A stretch of DNA of 64,000 nt from Eledone cirrhosa (lineage: Eukaryota). Positions 1-12,400 of this stretch are shown in pieces (position 1 is the first letter of the stretch; the number at the start of each line of letters is the position of its first letter). A model generated the notes under the pieces. It was not told the DNA's origin and did no database searches. It saw only the letters and a list, made by a program, of their open reading frames with translations. Position numbers and translations under genes: made by a program. Where the stretch lies: assembly GCA_964016885.1 (NCBI GenBank), contig OZ024747.1, positions 29,884,001 to 29,948,000 on the forward strand, given 5' to 3'.

Positions 1-3000
1 AAAAAACATTTTTTCCAAATACTGTGTAAAATGATCAATTTGTGAAAAACCTAAAAAAATCAATTTTAGAAATCAGAAGTATATATTTCGAAAAGTATAA
101 AAAAATTGATTATTTTAGGTTTTTCACAAATTGATCATTTTACACAGTATTTCGAAAAATTGTTTTTTTTCAAAAAAGATTGATTTTTTTTCTTACGAAA
201 TATCTACTTTCTGATTTCGAAAATTGTTATATATTTTGTATTTTTAAAAAGTTTTTCAACGTGTCGAAACATAATGTATAAACGCATTTTTTCCAAATAC
301 TGTGTAAAAGATCTATTTGTGAAAAAGCTAAAAAAATCAATTTTAGAAATCGGAAGTAAATATTTCGAAAAGTATAAAAAAATTGATTATTTTAGGTTTT
401 TCACAAATTGATCATTTTACACAGTATTTCGAAAAATTGTTTTTTTACAAAAAACATTGATTTTTTTTCTTTCGAAATATATACTTTCTGATTTCGAAAA
501 TTGATATATATTTTGTATTTTTCAAACACAATGTATAAACGCATTTTTTTGAAAAAAAACATTTTTTCCAAATACTGTGTAAATTGATCAATATGTTAAA
601 AACCTAACAAAATCAATTCTAGAAATCAAAAGTAAATATTTCGAAAAGTTGATTATTTTAGGTTTTTTACAAATTGATCATTTTACACAGTATTTCGAAA
701 AATTGTTTTTTTTCAAAAAAGATTGATTTTTTTTCTTTCGAAATATCTACTTTCTGATTTCGAAAATTGTTATATATTTTGTATTTTTAAAAAGTTTTTC
801 AACGTGTCGAAACATAATGTATAAACGCATTTTTTCCAAATACTGTGTAAAATGATCTATTTGTGAAAAAGCTAAAAAAATCAATTTTAGAAATTGGAAG
901 TAAATATTTCGAAAAGTATGAAAAAATTGATTATTCTAGGTTTTTCACAAATTGATCATTTTAAACAGTATTTCGAAAAATTATTTTTTTTCCAAAAACA
1001 TTGATTTTTTTCTTTCGAAATATATATTTTCTGATTTCGAAAATTGATATATATTTTGTATTTTTCAAACACAATGTATAAACGCATTTTTTTGAAAATA
1101 TACATTTTTTCCAAATACAGTGTAAAATGATCAATTTGTGAAAAACCTAAAAAAATCAGTTTTAGAAATCAGAAGTAAATATTTCGAAAAGTATAAAAAA
1201 ATTGATTATTTTAGGTTTTTCACAAATTGATAATTTTACACAGTATTTCGAAAATTTGTTTTTTTTCAAAAAAGATTGATTTTTTTTTCTATCGAAATAT
1301 ATACTTTCTGATTTCGAAAATTGATATACATTTTGTATTTTTCAAATATTTTTCAACGTATGTATAAACAAGGTTTTGAAAAAAAACATTTTTTCCAAAT
1401 ACTGTGTAAATTGATCAATTTGTGAAAAAACCTAAAAAAATCAATTTTAGAAATCAGAAGTAAATATTTCGAAAAGTGTAAACAAATTGATTATTTTAGG
1501 TTTTTCACAAATTGATCATTTTACACAGTATTTCGAAAAATTGTTTTTTTTTCAAAAAAGATTGATTTTTTTTCTTTTGAAATATCTACTTTCTGATTTC
1601 GAAAATTGTTATATAATTTGTATTTTTAAAAAATTTTTCAGCGTGTATGTATAAATGTATAAACGCATTTTTTCCAAATACTGTGTAAAATGATCTATTT
1701 GTGAAAAAGCTAAAAAAATCAATTTTAGAAATCGGAAGTAAATATTTCGAAAAGTATAAAAAAATTGATTATTTTAGGTTTTTCACAAATTGATCATTTT
1801 ACACAGTATTTCGAAAAATTGTTTTTTTATCAAAAAAGATTGATTTTTTTTCTTTCGAAATATATAATTTCTGATTTCGAAATTTGATATATATTTTGTA
1901 TTTTTCAAACAATGTATAAACGCATTTTTTTGAAAAAAAACATTTTTTCCAAATACTGTGTAAATTGATCAATTTGTGAAAAACCTAAAAAAATCAATTT
2001 TAGAAATCAGAAGTAAATTTTTCGAAAAGTGTAAACAAATTGATTATTTTAGGTTTTTCACAAATTAATCATTTTACACAGTATTTCGAAAAATTTTTTT
2101 TTTTCAAAAAAGATTGATTTTTTTTCTTTCGAAATATCTACTTTCTGATTTCGAAAATTGTTATATATTTTGTATTTTTAAAAAATTTTTCAGCGTGTAT
2201 GTATAAATGTATAAACGCATTTTTTCCAAATACTGTGTAAAATGATCAATTTGTGAAAAACCTAAAAAAATCAATTTTAGAAATCAGAAGTAAATATTTC
2301 GAAAAGTATAAAAAAATTGATTATTTTAGGTTTTCCAGAAATTGCTCATTTTACACAGTATTTCGAAAAATTGTTTTTTTATCAAAAAAGATTGATTTTT
2401 TTTCTTTCGAAATATATACTTTCTGATTTCGAAAATTGATATATATTTTGTATTTTTCAAGTATTTTTCAACGTGTCGAAACACAACGTATAAACGCATT
2501 TTTTTGAAAAAAAACATTTTTTCCAAATACTGTGTAAAATGATCAATTTGTGAAAAACCTAAAAAAATCAATTTTAGAAATCGGAAGTAAATATTTCGAA
2601 AAGTATAAAAAAATTGATTATTTTAGGTTTTTTACAAATTGATCATTTTACACAGTATTTCGAAAAATTGTTTTTTTATCAAAAAACATTGATTTTTTTT
2701 CTTTCGAAATATATACTTTCTGATTTCGAAAATTGATATATATTTTGTATTTTTCAAACACAATGTATAAACGCATTTTTTTGAAAAAAAAAATTTTTTC
2801 CAAATACTGTGTAAAATGATCAATTTGTGAAAAACCTAAAAAAAATCAATTTTAGAAATCAGAAGTGAATATTTCGAAAAGTATAAAAAAATTGATTATT
2901 TTAGGTTTTTCACAAATTGATAATTTTACACAGTATTTCGAAAAATTGTTTTTTTTTCAAAAAACATTGATTTTTTTTCTTTCGAAATATATACTTTCTG

Positions 3001-6000
3001 ATTTCGAAAATTGATATATATTTTGTATTTTTCAAACACAATGTATAAACGCATTTTTTCCAAATACTCTGTAAAATGATCAATTTGTGAAAAACGTAAA
3101 AAAATCAATTTTAGAAGTTAGAAGTAAATATTTCGAAAAGTATAAAAAAATTGATTATTTTAGGTTTTTCACAAATTGATCATTTTACACAGTATTTCGA
3201 AAAATTGTTTTTTTTCAAAAAACATTGATTTTCTTTCTTTCGAAATATATACTTTCTGATTTCGAAAATTGATATATATTTTGTATTTTTCAAACACAAT
3301 GTATAAACGCATTTTTTTGAAAAAAAACATTTTTTCCAAATAGTGTGGAAAATGATCAATTTGTGAAAAACCTAAAAAAATCAATTTTAGAAGTTAGAAG
3401 TAAATATTTCGAAAAGTATAAAAAAATTGATTATTTTAGGTTTTTCACAAATTGATCATTTTACACAGTATTTCGAAAAATTGTTTTTTTATCAAAAAAG
3501 ATTGATTTTTTTTCTTTCGAAATATATACTTTCTGATTTCGAAAATTGATATATATTTTGTATTTTTCAAACACAATGTATAAACGCATTTTTTCCAAAT
3601 ACTCTGTAAAATGATCAATTTGTGAAAAACCTAAAAAAATCAATTTTAGAAATCAGAAGTAAATATTTCGAAAAGTATAAAAAAATTGATTATTTTAGGT
3701 TTTTCACAAATTGATCATTTTACACAGTATTTCAAAAAATTTTTTTTTTTCAAAAAAGATGGATTTTTTTTCTTCTGATTTAGAAAATTGATATATATTT
3801 TGTATTTTTCAAATATTTTTCAACGTGTCGAAACAATGTATAAACGCATTTTTTGGAAAAAAAACTTTTTTTCCAAATACTGTGTAAATTGATCAATTTG
3901 TGAATAACCTAAAAAATCAATTTTAGAAATCAGAAGTAAGTATTTCGAAAAGTATAAAAAAATTGATTATTTTAGGTTTTTCACAAATTGATAATTTTAC
4001 ACAGTATTTCGAAAAATTGTTTTTTTTCAAAAAACATTGACTTTTTTTCTTTCGAAATATATACTTTCTGATTTCGAAAATTGATATATATTTTTTATTT
4101 TTCAAACACAATGTATAACGCATATTTTTGAAAAAAAACATTTTTTCCAAATACTCTGTAAAATGATCAATTTGTGAAAAACCTAAAAAAATCAATTTTA
4201 GAAGTCAGAAGTAAATATTTCGAAAAGTATGAAAAAATTGATTATTTTAGGTTTTTCACAAATTGATAATTTTAGACAGTATTTCGAAAATTTGTTTTTT
4301 TTCAAAAAAGATTGATTTTTTTTCTATCGAAATATATACTTTCTGATTTCGAAAATTGATATAAATTTTGTATTTTTCAAATATTTTTCAACGTGTTGAA
4401 ACACAGTGTATAAACGCATTTTTTTGAAAAAAAAACATTTTTTCCAAATACTGTGAAAAAACCTAAAAAAATCAATTTTAGAAATTAGAAGTAAATATTT
4501 CGAAAAGTGTAAACAAATTGATTATTTTAGGTTTTTCACAAATTGATCATTTTACACAGTATTTCGAAAAATTGTTTTTTTTCAAAAAAGATTGATTTTT
4601 TTTCTTTTGAAATATCTACTTTCTGATTTCGAAAATTGTTATATATTTTGTATTTTTAAAAAGTTTTACAACGTGTTGAATGTATAAACGCATTTTTTCC
4701 AAATACTGTGTAAAATGATCAATTTGTGAAAAAGCTAAAAAAATCAATTTTAGAAATCGGAAGTAAATATTTCGAAAAGTATAAAAAAATTGATTATTCT
4801 AGGTTTTTCACAAATTGATCATTTTAAACAGTATTTCGAAAAATTATTTTTTTTCCAAAAACATTGATTTTTTTCTTTCGAAATATATATTTTCTGTTTT
4901 CGAAAATTGATATACATTTTGTATTTTTCAAATATTTTTCAACGTGTTGAAACATAATGTATAAACGCATTTTTTTGAAAAAAAACTTTTTTTCCAAATA
5001 CTGTGTAAATTGATCAATTTGTGAAAAACCTAAAAAAATCAATTCTAGAAATCAAAAGTAAATATTTCGAAAAGTTGATTATTTTAGGTTTTTTACAAAT
5101 TGATCATTTTACACAGTATTTCGAAAAATTGTTTTTTTACAAAAAACATTGATTTTTTTTCTTTCGAAATATATACTTTCTGATTTCGAAAATTGATATA
5201 TATTTTGTATTTTTCAAACACAATGTATAAACGCATTTTTTTGAAAAAAAAACATTTTTTCCAAATACTCTGTAAAATGATCAATTTGTGAAAAACCTAA
5301 AAAAATCAATTTTAGAAATCAGAAGTAAATATTTCGAAAAGTATAAAAAAATTGATTATTTTAGGTTTTTCACAAATTGATAATTTTACACAGTATTTCG
5401 AAAAATTGTTTTTTTTCAAAAAAGATTGATTTTTTTTCTTTTGAAATATATACTCTCTGATTTCGAAAATTGATATATATTTTGTATTTTTCAAACATTT
5501 TTTCCAAATACTGTGTAAAATGATCAATTTGTGAAAAACCTAAAAAAATCAATTTTAGAAATCAGAAGTATATATTTCGAAAAGTATAAAAAAATTGATT
5601 ATATTAGGTTTTTCACAAATTGATCATTTTACACAGTATTTCGAAAAATTGTTTTTTTTCAAAAAAGATTGATTTTTTTTCTTACGAAATATCTACTTTC
5701 TGATTTCGAAAATTGTTATATATTTTGTATTTTTAAAAAGTTTTTCAACGTGTCGAAACATAATGTATAAACGCATTTTTTCCAAATACTGTGTAAAAGA
5801 TCTATTTGTGAAAAAGCTAAAAAAATCAATTTTAGAAATCGGAAGTAAATATTTCGAAAAGTATAAAAAAATTGATTATTTTAGGTTTTTCACAAATTGA
5901 TCATTTTACACAGTATTTCGAAAAATTGTTTTTTTACAAAAAACATTGATTTTTTTTCTTTCGAAATATATATTTTCTGATTTCGAAAATTGATATATAT

Positions 6001-9000
6001 TTTGTATTTTTCAAACACAATGTATAAACGCATTTTTTTGAAAATATACATTTTTTCCAAATACAGTGTAAAATGATCAATTTGTGAAAAACCTAAAAAA
6101 ATCAATTTTAGAAATCAGAAGTAAATATTTCGAAAAGTATAAAAAAATTGATTATTTTAGGTTTTTCACAAATTGATAATTTTACACAGTATTTCGAAAA
6201 TTTGTTTTTTTTCAAAAAAGATTGATTTTTTTTCTATCGAAATATATACTTTCTGATTTCGAAAATTGATATACATTTTGTATTTTTCAAATATTTTTCA
6301 ACGTATGTATAAACAAGGTTTTGAAAAAAAACATTTTTTCCAAATACTGTGTAAATTGATCAATTTGTGAAAAAACCTAAAAAAATCAATTTTAGAAATC
6401 AGAAGTAAATATTTCGAAAAGTGTAAACAAATTGATTATTTTAGGTTTTTCACAAATTGATCATTTTACACAGTATTTCGAAAAATTGTTTTTTTTCAAA
6501 AAAGATTGATTTTTTTTCTTTTGAAATATCTACTTTCTGATTTCGAAAATTGTTATATAATTTGTATTTTTAAAAAATTTTTCAGCGTGTATGTATAAAT
6601 GTATAAACGCATTTTTTCCAAATACTGTGTAAAATGATCTATTTGTGAAAAAGCTAAAAAAATCAATTTTAGAAATCGGAAGTAAATATTTCGAAAAGTA
6701 TAAAAAAATTGATTATTTTAGGTTTTTCACAAATTGCTCATTTTAAACAGTATTTCGAAAAATTATTTTTTTTCCAAAAACATTGATTTTTTTCTTTCGG
6801 AATATATACTTTCTGATTTCGAAAATTGATATATATTTTGTATTTTTCAAACACAATGTATAAACGCATTTTTTTGAAAAAAAACATTTTTTCCAAATAC
6901 TGTGTAAAATGATCAATTTGTGAAAAACCTAAAAAAATCAATTTTAGAAATCAGAAGTAAATATTTCGAAAAGTATAAAAAAATTGATTATTTTAGGTTT
7001 TTCACAAATTGATCATTTTACACAGTATTTCGAAAAATTGTTTTTTTACAAAAAACATTGATTTTTTTTCTTTCGAAATATATACTTTCTGATTTTGAAA
7101 ATTGATATATATTTTGTATTTTTCAAACACAATGTATAAACGCATTTTTTTGAAAAAAAACATTCTTTCCAAATACTGTGTAAATTGATCAATTTGTGAA
7201 AAACCTAAAAAAATCAATTCTAGAAATCAAAAGTAAATATTTCGAAAAGTGTAAACAAATTGATTATTTTAGGTTTTTCACAAATTGATCATTTTACACA
7301 GTATTTCGAAAAATTGTTTTTTTTCAAAAAAGATTGATTTTTTTTCTTTCGAAATATCTACTTTCTGATTTCGAAAATTGTTATATATTTTGTATTTTTA
7401 AAAAGTTTTTCAGCGTGTATGTATAAATGTATAAACGCATTTTTTCCAAATTGATCAATTTGATCAAATTGAACAATTTGTGAAAAACCTAAAAAAATCA
7501 ATTCTAGAAATCAAAAGTAAATATTTCGAAAAGTGTAAACAAATTGATTATTTTAGGTTTTTCACAAATTGATAATTTTACACAGTATTTCGAAAATTGT
7601 TTTTTTTCAAAAAAGATTGATTTTTTTTCTATCGAAATATATACTTTCTGATTTCGTAAATTGATATACATTTTGTATTTTTCAAATATTTTTCAACGTG
7701 TTGAAACACAATGTATAAACGCATTTTTTTGAAAAAAAACATTTTTTCCAAATACTGTGTAAATTGATCAATTTGTGAAAAACCTAAACAAATCAATTTT
7801 AGAAATCAGAAGTAAATATTTCGAAAAGTATAAAAAAATTGATTATTTTAGGTTTTTCACAAATTGATCATTTTACACAGTATTTCGAAAAATTGTTTTT
7901 TTATCAAAAAAGATTGATTTTTTTTCTTTCGAAATATATAATTTCTGATTTCGAAATTTGATATATATTTTGTATTTTTCAAAAATTTTTCAACGTGTTG
8001 ATACACAATGTATAAACGCATTTTTTTGAAAAAAAACATTTTTTTCAAATACTGTGTAAATTGATCAATTTGTGAAAAAACCTAAAAAAATCAATTTTAG
8101 AAATCAGAAGTAAATATTTCGAAAAGTTTAAACAAATTGATTATTTTAGGTTTTTCACAAATTGATCATTTTACACAGTATTTCGAAAAATTGTTTTTTT
8201 TCAAAAAAGATTGATTTTTTTTCTTTTGAAATATCTACTTTCTGATTTCGAAAATTGTTATATAATTTGTATTTTTAAAAAATTTTTCAGCGTGTATGTA
8301 TAAATGTATAAACGCATTTTTTCCAAATACTGTGTAAAATGATCAATTTGTGAAAAACCTAAAAAAATCAATTTTAGAAATCAGAAGTAAATATTTCGAA
8401 AAGTATAAAAAAAATTGATTATTTTAGGTTTTTCACAAATTGATCATTTTAAACAGTATTTCGAAAAATTATTTTTTTTCCAAAAACATTGATTTTTTTC
8501 TTTCGAAATATATACTTTCTGATCTCGAAAATTGATATATATTTTGTATTTTTCAAACACAATGTATAAACGCATTTTTTTGAAAAAAAACATTTTTTCC
8601 AAATACTGTGTAAAATGATCAATTTGTGAAAAACCTAAAAAAATCAATTTTAGAAATCAGAAGTAAATATTTCGAAAAGTATAAATAAATTGATTATTTT
8701 AGGTTTTTCACAAATTGAGCATTTTAAACAGTATTTCGAAAAATTGTTTTTTTTCCAAAAACATTGATTATTTTTCTTTTGAAATATATACTTTCTGATT
8801 TCGAAAATTGATATATATTTTGTATTTTTCAAACACAATGTATAAACGCATTTTTTTGAAAAAAAACATTTTTTCCAAATACTGTGTAAAATGATCAATT
8901 TGTGAAAAACCTAAAAAAATCAATTTTAGAAATCAGAAGTAAATATTTCGAAAAGTAAAAAAAAATTGATTATTTTAGGTTTTTCACAAATTGATCATTT

Positions 9001-9499
9001 TACACAGTATTTCGGAAAATTGTTTTTTTTCAAAAAATATTGATTTTTTTCTTTCGAAATATCTACTTTCTGATTTCGAAAATTGTTATATATTTTGTAT
9101 TTTTAAAAAGTTTTACAACGTGTTGAATGTATACACGCATTTTTTCCAAATACTGTGTAAAATGATCAATTTGTGAAAAAGCTAAAAAAATCAATTTTAG
9201 AAATCGGAAGTAAATATTTCGAAAAGTATAAAAAAATTGATTATTCTAGGTTTTTCACAAATTGATCATTTTAAACAGTATTTCGAAAAATTATTTTTTT
9301 TCCAAAAACATTGATTTTTTTCTTTCGAAATATATATTTTCTGATTTCGAAAATTGATATACATTTTGTATTTTTCAAATATTTTTCAACGTGTTGAAAC
9401 AATGTATAAACGCATTTTTTTGAAAAAAAACTTTTTTTCCAAAAACTGTGTAAATTGATCAATTTGTGAAAAACCTAAAAAAATCAATTCTAAAAATCA

Positions 9500-12400
9500 A
9501 AAGTAATTATTTCGAAAAGTTGATTATTTTAGGTTTTTTACAAATTGATCATTTTACACAGTATTTCGAAAAATTGTTTTTTTACAAAAAACATTGATTT
9601 TTTTTTCTTTCGAAATATATACTTTCTGATTTCGAAAATTGATATATATTTTGTATTTTTCAAACACAATGTATAAACGCATTTTTTTGAAAAAAAAACA
9701 TTTTTTCCAAATACTCTGTAAAATGATCAATTTGTGAAAAACCTAAAAAAATCAATTTTAGAAATCAGAAGTAAATATTTCGAAAAGTATAAAAAAATTG
9801 ATTATTTTAGGTTTTTCACAAATTGATAATTTTACACAGTATTTCGAAAAATTGTTTTTTTTCAAAAAAGATTGATTTTTTTTCTTTCGAAATATATACT
9901 CTCTGATTTCGAAAATTGATATATATTTTGTGTTTTTCAAACATATTGTATAAACGCATTTTTTTTGAAAAAAAAACATTTTTTCCAAATACTCTGTAAA
10001 ATGATCAATTTGTGAAAAACCTAAAAAAATCAATTTTAGAAGTCAGAAGTAAATATTTCGAAAAGTATAAAAAAATTGATTATTTTAGGTTTTTCACAAA
10101 TTGATAATTTTACACAGTATTTCGAAAATTGTTTTTTTTCAAAAAAGATTGATTTTTTTTTATCGAAATATATACTTTCTGATTTCGTAAATTGATATAC
10201 GTTTTGTATTTTTCAAATATTTTTCAACGTGTTGAAACACAATGTATAAACGCATTTTTTTGAAAAAAAACATTTTTTCCAAATACTGTGTAAAATAATC
10301 AATTTGTGAAAAACCTAAAAAAAATCAATTTTAGAAATCAGAAGTAAATATTTCGAAAAGTATAAAAAATTTGATTATTTTAGGTTTTTTACAAATTGAT
10401 CATTTTACACAGTATTTCGAAAAATTGTTTTTTTTCAAAAAACATTGATTTTTTTCTTTCGAAATATATACTTTCTGATTTCGAAAATTGATATATATTT
10501 TGTATTTTTCAAATATTTTTCAACGTGTTGAAACATAATGTATAAACGCATTTTTTTGAAAAAAAACTTTTTTTCCAAATACTGTGTAAATTGATCAATT
10601 TGTGAAAAACCTAAAAAAATCAATTCTAGAAATCAAAAGTAAATATTTCGAAAAGTTGATTATTTTAGGTTTTTTACAAATTGATCATTTTACACAGTAT
10701 TTCGAAAAGTTGTTTTTTTACAAAAAACATTGATTTTTTTTCTTTCGAAATATATACTTTCTGATTTCGAAAATTGATATATATTTTGTATTTTTCAAAC
10801 ACAATGTATAAACGTATTTTTTTGAAAAAAAACATTTTTTCCAAATACTGTGTAAATTGATCAATTTGTGAAAAACCTAAAAAAATCAATTCTAGAAATC
10901 AAAAGTAAATATTTCGAAAAGTTGATTATTTTAGGTTTTTTACAAATTGATCATTTTACACAGTATTTCGAAAAATTGTTTTTTTTCAAAAAAGATTGAT
11001 TTTTTTTCTTTCGAAATATCTACTTTCTGATTTCGAAAATTGTTATATATTTTGTATTTTTAAAAAGTTTTTCAACGTGTCGAAACATAATGTATAAACG
11101 CATTTTTTCCAAATACTGTGTAAAATGATCTATTTGTGAAAAAGCTAAAAAAATCAATTTTAGAAATCGGAAGTAAATATTTCGAAAAGTATAAAAAAAT
11201 TGATTATTTTAGGTTTTTCACAAATTGATAATTTTACACAGTATTTCGAAAATTTGTTTTTTTTCAAAAAAGATTGATTTTTTTTCTATCGAAATATATA
11301 CTTTCTGATTTCGAAAATTGATATGCATTTTGTATTTTTCAAATATTTTTCAACGTATGTATAAACAAGGTTTTGAAAAAAAACATTTTTTCCAAATACT
11401 GTGTAAATTGATCAATTTGTGAAAAAACCTAAAAAAATCAATTTTAGAAATCAGAAGTAAATATTTCGAAAAGTGTAAACAAATTGATTATTTTAGGTTT
11501 TTCACAAATTGATCATTTTAAAAAGTATTTCGAAAAATTGTTTTTTTTCAAAAAAGATTGATTTTTTTTCTTTTGAAATATATACTTTCTGATTTCGAAA
11601 ATTGTTATATAATTTGTATTTTTAAAAAATTTTTCAGCGTGTGTGTATAAATGTATAAACGCATTTTTTCCAAATACTGTGTAAAATGATCTATTTGTGA
11701 AAAAGATAAAAAAATCAATTTTAGAAATCGGAAGTAAATATTTCGAAAAGTATAAAAAAATTGATTATTTTAGGTTTTTCACAAATTTTAAACAGTATTT
11801 CGAAAAATTATTTTTTTTCCAAAAACATTGATTTTTTTCTTTCGGAATATATACTTTCTGATTTCGAAAATTGATATATATTTTGTATTTTTCAAACACA
11901 ATGTATAAACGCATTTTTTTGAAAAGAAAACATTTTTTCCAAATACTGTGTAAAATGATCAATTTGTGAAAAACCTAAAAAAATCAATTTTAGAAATCAG
12001 AAGTAAATATTTCGAAAAGTATAAAAAAATTGATTATTTTAGGTTTTTCACAAATTGATCATTTTACACAGTATTTCGAAAAATTGTTTTTTTATCAAAA
12101 AAGATTGATTTTTTTTCTTTCGAAATATATAATTTCTGATTTCGAAATTTGATATATATTTTGTATTTTTCAAAAATTTTTCAACGTGTTGAAACACAAT
12201 GTATAAACGCATTTTTTTGAAAAAAAACATTTTTTCCAAATACTGTGTAAATTGATCAATTTGTGAAAAAACCTAAAAAAAATCAATTTTAGAAATCAGA
12301 AGTAAATATTTCGAAAAGTGTAAACAAATTGATTATTTTAGGTTTTTCACAAATTGATCATTTTACACAGTATTTCGAAAAATTGTTTTTTTTCAAAAAA

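Noticed and set aside
616-627. Heat-shock-element-like TTCTAGAA in one monomer class
   Set aside because: Only two nGAAn units rather than three, and only in a minority of monomers. TTCGAA does not have HSE spacing.
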